NCBI GenBank assembly: GCA_049997815.1
Contig: JBEKVQ010000005.1
Span: forward strand, 1-38,843
Reading direction: 5' to 3'
From: Minisyncoccia bacterium
GTDB lineage: Bacteria; Patescibacteriota; Minisyncoccia; UBA6257; GWB1-50-10
DNA: 38,843 nt
Below the pieces are notes generated by a model. That model was not told where the DNA came from, searched no databases, and worked only from the letters and a program-made list of their open reading frames with translations. Every line of letters starts with the position of its first letter. Positions within the stretch are counted from its first letter, which is position 1. This document shows, piece by piece, positions 33,741 through 38,843 of the stretch. The position numbers and the translations under genes are program-made.

Positions 33741-36266
33741 ATGCATAAAGATAAAATAGTCATCAAAGGAGCCAGGGAACATAACCTGAAGAACGTTAAT
33801 CTCGAGATACCGCGCGACAAGATGGTCGTCTTCACGGGTCTTTCCGGCTCCGGAAAATCGTCCCTGGCTTTCGATACCATCTTTGCCGAGGGCCAGCGCC
33901 GCTATATCGAATCGCTTTCGGCCTATGCCCGGCAGTTTTTGGGGCGACTGGACAAGCCCGACGTGGATGAGATTGAGGGGCTTTCGCCCGCCATCTCGAT
34001 AGACCAAAAGCACCACTCGGCCAACCCGCGCTCCACGGTCGCAACCATCACGGAAATCTACGACTACCTCCGCGTGCTTTTCGCGCGCGTGGGAAAACCC
34101 TATTGCCCGATATGCGGAAAAGAGATAAAGAAGCTCACGACCGACGAAATCGTGGACGTCGCCATCCAAATTTCTAACGAGAACAAAGACCAAAGGAATA
34201 TCGTCATTCTGGCGCCCGTCGTGCGCGGACGAAAGGGGGAGTATTACCAAACGCTATACGATTTTTTGAACGCCGGATTTTCGGAAGTGCGGATAGACGG
34301 CGAGATGCTCAGTTTGCGCGAACGGATAGAACTTTCCCGTTACAAACAGCACACGATCGAGCTCGTGGTGGACCGCCTGCCGGCCGGCGTGGATTTCACG
34401 GATAAGGACAAGCGCCTACGTCTGGCCGAGGCCATTGAATCCGCCCTGAAGTACGGCCACGACGTCGTCACCATCATCACCGACAAGGAAACATCTCTTT
34501 CGGCCCAGTACACCTGCCCCAATGACGGCTTTTCCTTCCCGGAGATAGAGCCGCGCCTTTTTTCATTCAACAGCCCCTTCGGCGCCTGCCCGAATTGCCA
34601 CGGCCTGGGCACGGAAAGCATCTGGTCCGAAAAACCCTGCCCGGTCTGCTTGGGGAAACGGCTGAAGGAAGAGAGTTTGAACGTCCTCGTGGACAATAAG
34701 AACATTTGGAATACGACGGAGATGTCCATATCGGAAGCTCTGGAATTCTTCGGCAAACTGGAAGAAAAACTCAAAAAGAACAAGAGCTTATCGCAAGTAG
34801 CCGAAGTGCCGCTCCGCGAGATAAAAAGCCGGCTCAAATTCATGGCCGACGTCGGATTGGAGTATCTCACGCTCGCACGGAAAGCCGGAACGCTCTCGGG
34901 CGGCGAATCCCAAAGGATTCGGCTGGCTTCGCAGATCGGCTCGCGCCTCGTGGGCACGCTCTACATTCTGGATGAACCTACGATTGGACTTCACCAGCGC
35001 GACAATGCCAAGCTCATCAAAACCCTGCATGACCTGCGAGATCTGGGGAACACCATCATCGTCGTCGAACACGACGAAGAAACCATCCGTTCCGGGGACT
35101 ATTTGGTGGACATCGGGCCGGGCGCGGGCGTTCACGGCGGAAAGATAATCGCAGAAGGGCCGATGCCGGAGATAATCAAAGATAAGAGCCAGGATTCGCT
35201 CACTTTGGAATATTTGCGCGGAAAGAGATTCATTGAAACGCCCGGGAAACGCCGGCCCATAACCAAAAGCCAGGAATATCTGAAAATCAAGGGCGCGACG
35301 GCGAACAATCTTAAAGAAATCGACGTGGAAATTCCACTCAGGAAATTCACGGTCATCACCGGCGTTTCCGGCTCCGGAAAAAGCACGCTTGTCTACGACG
35401 TGCTCTACAAAACTCTCGCGAACAAGTTCAACGCTGCGAACTACAAGCCGGGCGCGCACAAGAATATGACCGGACTGGAATACGTTAACCGCGTCATCAA
35501 CATCGACCAGTCGCCAATAGGCCGGACGCCGCGCTCCAATCCGGCCACTTACGTTGGTGCCTGGACCTTCATCCGAGACCTTTTTGCCGCGAGCGAAGAT
35601 GCCCGCGTACGTGGGTACAAGCCCGGCCGGTTTAGCTTCAACGTTCGGGGCGGCCGGTGCGAAAACTGCGAAGGCCACGGATTAATCGCAATAGAGATGC
35701 ACTTCCTGCCCACGGTCTACGTTCAGTGCGAAGTTTGCAAAGGAAAGCGCTTTAACCGCGAAACGCTCGAGGTGGATTACAAAGGCAAGAACATCTACGA
35801 AGTTTTGGAGATGACGATCGAAGAGGCAGTGAAATTCTTCGAAGATATCCCGTGGCTTTACGATCGGCTGAAAATCCTGGAAGAGGTTGGCTTGGGATAC
35901 ATCAAACTGGGTCAATCGGCGACGACGCTCTCAGGCGGGGAAGCGCAAAGAATAAAACTCTCGGCCGAGTTGGGGAAAAGAGACACGCGGAGAACGCTTT
36001 ATCTTCTGGACGAACCGACGACCGGCCTGCACTTCGCGGATGTGGACCAGCTCCTAAAAGTTCTTCAACGGCTAGTTGAGAGGGGAAATACCATCGTGGT
36101 CATCGAACATAATTTGGACGTGATAAAAACTGCTGATTGGGTGATAGATTTGGGACCTGAAGGAGGTGAGAAAGGCGGGGAGATAGTCGCCACCGGCACG
36201 CCGGAGGCCATCGCAAAGAAGGTACGAAGCGCAACTGGGGAATACCTTAGGAAGGTATTAAAATAA
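33741..36266 (+). CDS. uvrA: Excinuclease ABC subunit A
   Basis: [17 protein letters not shown], zinc fingers, LSGGESQRI, second ABC domain GVSGSGKST and LSGGEAQRI. Confidence 0.99.
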   Translation: MHKDKIVIKGAREHNLKNVNLEIPRDKMVVFTGLSGSGKSSLAFDTIFAEGQRRYIESLSAYARQFLGRLDKPDVDEIEGLSPAISIDQKHHSANPRSTVATITEIYDYLRVLFARVGKPYCPICGKEIKKLTTDEIVDVAIQISNENKDQRNIVILAPVVRGRKGEYYQTLYDFLNAGFSEVRIDGEMLSLRERIELSRYKQHTIELVVDRLPAGVDFTDKDKRLRLAEAIESALKYGHDVVTIITDKETSLSAQYTCPNDGFSFPEIEPRLFSFNSPFGACPNCHGLGTESIWSEKPCPVCLGKRLKEESLNVLVDNKNIWNTTEMSISEALEFFGKLEEKLKKNKSLSQVAEVPLREIKSRLKFMADVGLEYLTLARKAGTLSGGESQRIRLASQIGSRLVGTLYILDEPTIGLHQRDNAKLIKTLHDLRDLGNTIIVVEHDEETIRSGDYLVDIGPGAGVHGGKIIAEGPMPEIIKDKSQDSLTLEYLRGKRFIETPGKRRPITKSQEYLKIKGATANNLKEIDVEIPLRKFTVITGVSGSGKSTLVYDVLYKTLANKFNAANYKPGAHKNMTGLEYVNRVINIDQSPIGRTPRSNPATYVGAWTFIRDLFAASEDARVRGYKPGRFSFNVRGGRCENCEGHGLIAIEMHFLPTVYVQCEVCKGKRFNRETLEVDYKGKNIYEVLEMTIEEAVKFFEDIPWLYDRLKILEEVGLGYIKLGQSATTLSGGEAQRIKLSAELGKRDTRRTLYLLDEPTTGLHFADVDQLLKVLQRLVERGNTIVVIEHNLDVIKTADWVIDLGPEGGEKGGEIVATGTPEAIAKKVRSATGEYLRKVLK

Positions 36267-36271
36267 CGAAA

Positions 36272-37450
36272 ATGACGTCTTATAAAAACCTTCCCGATAC
36301 GCCCGGCGTTTATATTTTCAGGAACGGTGCGGGGAAGATCTTGTACATCGGAAAGGCGGGAAATTTGAAACGGCGCGTTTCCAGTTATTTCTTGCGGCCG
36401 CACGATTACAGAATCCAGAAACTGGTGAGTGAGATAAAGAAGATAGAATGTAAAAAAACCGATACGGCCATCGAAGCGCTGATATTGGAAGCCGAGCTCA
36501 TCAAGAAACATCAGCCGCAATATAACATCAGGGAAAAGGACGACACTAGTTTTCTCTTCGTCGAGATCGTGAACGAAATGTTCCCGCGGGTCCTTCTGGT
36601 ACGCGGCAAAGATAAGCCGAAAGGAAAAAGATACGGTCCCTTCACCTCGTCTGCTCAGGCGCGCGAGGCTTTGAAGATCATCCGCCGGATATTCCCGTTT
36701 TCCACCCATGAAACCGGTAAATTATTGAGGCGCCCGTGCTTCGACTATCAGCTCGGCCTTTGTCCGGGAACATGCATCGGAAATTTCAGCCGAACGGAAT
36801 ATCTGAAAAACATAAAGAATCTGGAACTCTTCTTCGAGGGCAAGAAGAAAAAAATCATTCAAAACCTGAAAAAGGAAATGGCGGCCGCGAGCAGGGGAAT
36901 GGAATACGAAAAAGCGGATAAGTTCAAGCGCCAGCTCTTCGCCCTCCAGCATATTCAGGATGTGGCCTTCATAAATGAACCGGGGATCCAAAATGCGAAA
37001 ATCGGAGAGCACCGGATCGAGGGTTACGACATCTCGAACATCTCCGGCATTTCGGCCGTGGGAAGCATGGTTGTTTTCAAAAACGGCAAGCCGGATAAAA
37101 ACGAATATCGGAAATTCAAAATCAAAACAATCTTCAAATCGGACGACACCGGGATGCTAAAGGAGATTCTGGTGCGGCGTTTCAGGAACGATTGGCCGAA
37201 GCCCGAACTGATCCTTATTGACGGCGGCAGGGGACAGGTGAACGCGGCAAAAGAAGTTTTGAATAAACTGGCATTGAGAATTCCGATTGTCGGACTGGCC
37301 AAGGGCCCGGAAAGGAAAAAGAATGAATTAATCGGTAAAATCCCTGTTTTTACCGACCTTAAAACGCTGATAAGGATCCGCGACGAAGCGCACCGATTTG
37401 CCGTGAGCTATCACAAAATGGTTCGTGGCCGGAACTTCATAAAACGATAA
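36272..37450 (+). CDS. uvrC: Excinuclease ABC subunit C (short form)
   Basis: GIY-YIG PGVYIF...LYIGKA, UVR domain, RIEGYDISN, LIDGGRGQ and IRDEAHRFA motifs. Confidence 0.96.
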   Translation: MTSYKNLPDTPGVYIFRNGAGKILYIGKAGNLKRRVSSYFLRPHDYRIQKLVSEIKKIECKKTDTAIEALILEAELIKKHQPQYNIREKDDTSFLFVEIVNEMFPRVLLVRGKDKPKGKRYGPFTSSAQAREALKIIRRIFPFSTHETGKLLRRPCFDYQLGLCPGTCIGNFSRTEYLKNIKNLELFFEGKKKKIIQNLKKEMAAASRGMEYEKADKFKRQLFALQHIQDVAFINEPGIQNAKIGEHRIEGYDISNISGISAVGSMVVFKNGKPDKNEYRKFKIKTIFKSDDTGMLKEILVRRFRNDWPKPELILIDGGRGQVNAAKEVLNKLALRIPIVGLAKGPERKKNELIGKIPVFTDLKTLIRIRDEAHRFAVSYHKMVRGRNFIKR

Positions 37451-37490
37451 CCGCTCCACATATGGAGCGGATATCGTTCTGGAATCTAGA

Positions 37491-37931
37491 TTATTCGAGG
37501 TTAATCTCACCTCCGGATTCAATATAATTTATGAGATAATTCTTGATGCCTTGTTTTGCCGCCGAATCCTTTTTGAAATCCACCTTATTTTCTTTAACGT
37601 TTTCGTAGACAATATGGTACATATCCAAGCTTGCTAGAATTTCCCTGGCGACGACCATCGCATATTCCTTGTTCTTTTTTGCGGCGGCTTTCCAGACCAA
37701 TTCACTTATTTTGGAATCCAAATCCTGGATTACTAATCCGATGTCGCCGTTTCTTATCTGACTATCGTATTCTTCCATGAAACGGACAAAAAAACCGTTC
37801 ACCATGACGTCCGGGAATTGATCGAGTTGATCCTCTTCTTTTTCTTTCTTACTTACGATTTCTTCTTCCCCCTTAGACCGGATTAACGGCGGCGGGACCT
37901 TCTGCCAACCTCCTCCCATACGCTCAGTCAT
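37491..37931 (-). CDS. Hypothetical protein
   Basis: 146-aa charged ORF filling the gap; no recognised motif. Confidence 0.6.
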   Translation of the reverse strand: MTERMGGGWQKVPPPLIRSKGEEEIVSKKEKEEDQLDQFPDVMVNGFFVRFMEEYDSQIRNGDIGLVIQDLDSKISELVWKAAAKKNKEYAMVVAREILASLDMYHIVYENVKENKVDFKKDSAAKQGIKNYLINYIESGGEINLE

Positions 37932-38160
37932 ACGCTAAAAGATACTACGGAACGCTGCATAATTCAATCTAGAAAGCATAAATCACTCATTTTTAGCTAA
38001 AAAATATAACCTTCCCCTTGTTTTTCGTTATTTTAACGGGTCTGAATCAATTTTCGTCGCCCGTTTTCAACGATTTTTCGGACGCGATGCATTCTACCCT
38101 CATTTTTCCTAATTATCCCCAAAAAAGCTAGGAAAAATATGATATAATTAGATGGAATAA

Positions 38161-38843
38161 ATGCGTCCAAAAATACGCAATTTTGTCGTTCTTTGCTCGG
38201 GTCTCGTAGTCCTTTCTTCCGGGTTTTTCTTCGCTTTTAACTCGCTAGCCCATGCCGCAACGACCGTTCCGCCTATCGTGAATTACCAAGGAAGGTTGGA
38301 GGACTCCAGCGGAAACCTCCTGGGGGGATCCGGAACTCCTTACAGTTTCCGTTTCTCGCTCTGGAATACCTCAAGTACTTCCGGCGGAACCCGATTATGG
38401 CCTACTTTATCTCCGGCCACCACGACCCTCACGGTCCAGAACGGTCTTTTTGACGCCCGCATCGGAGATTCCGATGAGGGATTCCCAGCTCTGGATTTCA
38501 ACTTCACAACATCAAGCAAGATTTATCTCCAGGTCGAGGTTTACAGCACGTCCACCGCTTCATGGGAAACGCTTTCTCCCCGCCAGCCGATAGTCTCGAG
38601 CGGTTTTGCCATCAATGCCGACACGCTCGACGGTTATAACGCCGGCACGAGCACGAACAATTTGGCGCTCCTCGACTCGCTCGGAAATTTGAACATCGGC
38701 GGAGCACTCTTATCAAGCGCTTCAGGGGCACATTCAATCTCGAAGTGCAACACTCACGGCTTCATATGGGGTTCTCCAGCCCAGGCGTTTCCGGGGGCGG
38801 GAGTTGAGTTCGCGTTCGACATACGCGAGCTCCTCTTCGGGAA
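38161..38843 (+). CDS. N-terminus of a large secreted/surface protein, running off the window end
   Basis: Frame open from the ATG at 38161 to the window end. Signal peptide ending AHA; PPIVNYQGRL...FRFSLW...NGLF...YLQVEV...LSPRQ...NADTLDG module typical of CPR giant surface proteins. TGATATAAT upstream. Confidence 0.8.
   Translation, partial: MRPKIRNFVVLCSGLVVLSSGFFFAFNSLAHAATTVPPIVNYQGRLEDSSGNLLGGSGTPYSFRFSLWNTSSTSGGTRLWPTLSPATTTLTVQNGLFDARIGDSDEGFPALDFNFTTSSKIYLQVEVYSTSTASWETLSPRQPIVSSGFAINADTLDGYNAGTSTNNLALLDSLGNLNIGGALLSSASGAHSISKCNTHGFIWGSPAQAFPGAGVEFAFDIRELLFG

Noticed and set aside
38033-38043. TTAACGGGTCT matching the reverse complement of the secA-leader hairpin end
   Set aside because: An isolated 11-bp match with no further similarity; compatible with chance.
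1-38843. CRISPR array, integrase, transposase or reverse transcriptase
   Set aside because: I saw no regularly spaced repeat-spacer array and no ORF with recognisable recombinase, transposase or RT motifs.

Overview
A ~39-kb chromosomal segment with the gene content of a Patescibacteria/CPR (Parcubacteria-like) genome; the taxonomy is inferred from gene repertoire only. Most genes are housekeeping genes on the + strand: tspO, pdaD, an HD protein and a NUDIX hydrolase; the dcw front end (mraZ-rsmH-ftsL-ftsI-murF); rmuC, secA, mltG and rsmI; a sugar-transferase/GT4/DUF4012 envelope cluster; lepA, ftsB-like, uvrB-hpf-uvrA-uvrC; and three tRNAs (Val-CAC, Glu-CTC, Gly-CCC). An AT-richer island of two secreted beta-helix proteins follows tRNA-Glu. 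The most striking signal is non-coding. Three 163-185 bp mini-elements sit in conserved targets: the tRNA-Val 3' end, the tRNA-Glu 3' end and the lepA 5' end. They share one architecture: restored target, short spacer, reverse complement of that target, ~90-nt hairpin-rich core, displaced copy of the target. The tRNA-Val and lepA cores are clearly homologous, although their target-matching arms differ completely. This resembles a folded-strand attachment site (integron attC / CTX-phage attP-like) or a target-programmed guide. No recombinase gene is present in the window. Several other structured intergenic elements occur upstream of secA, between the GT4 genes, after lepA and upstream of uvrB.
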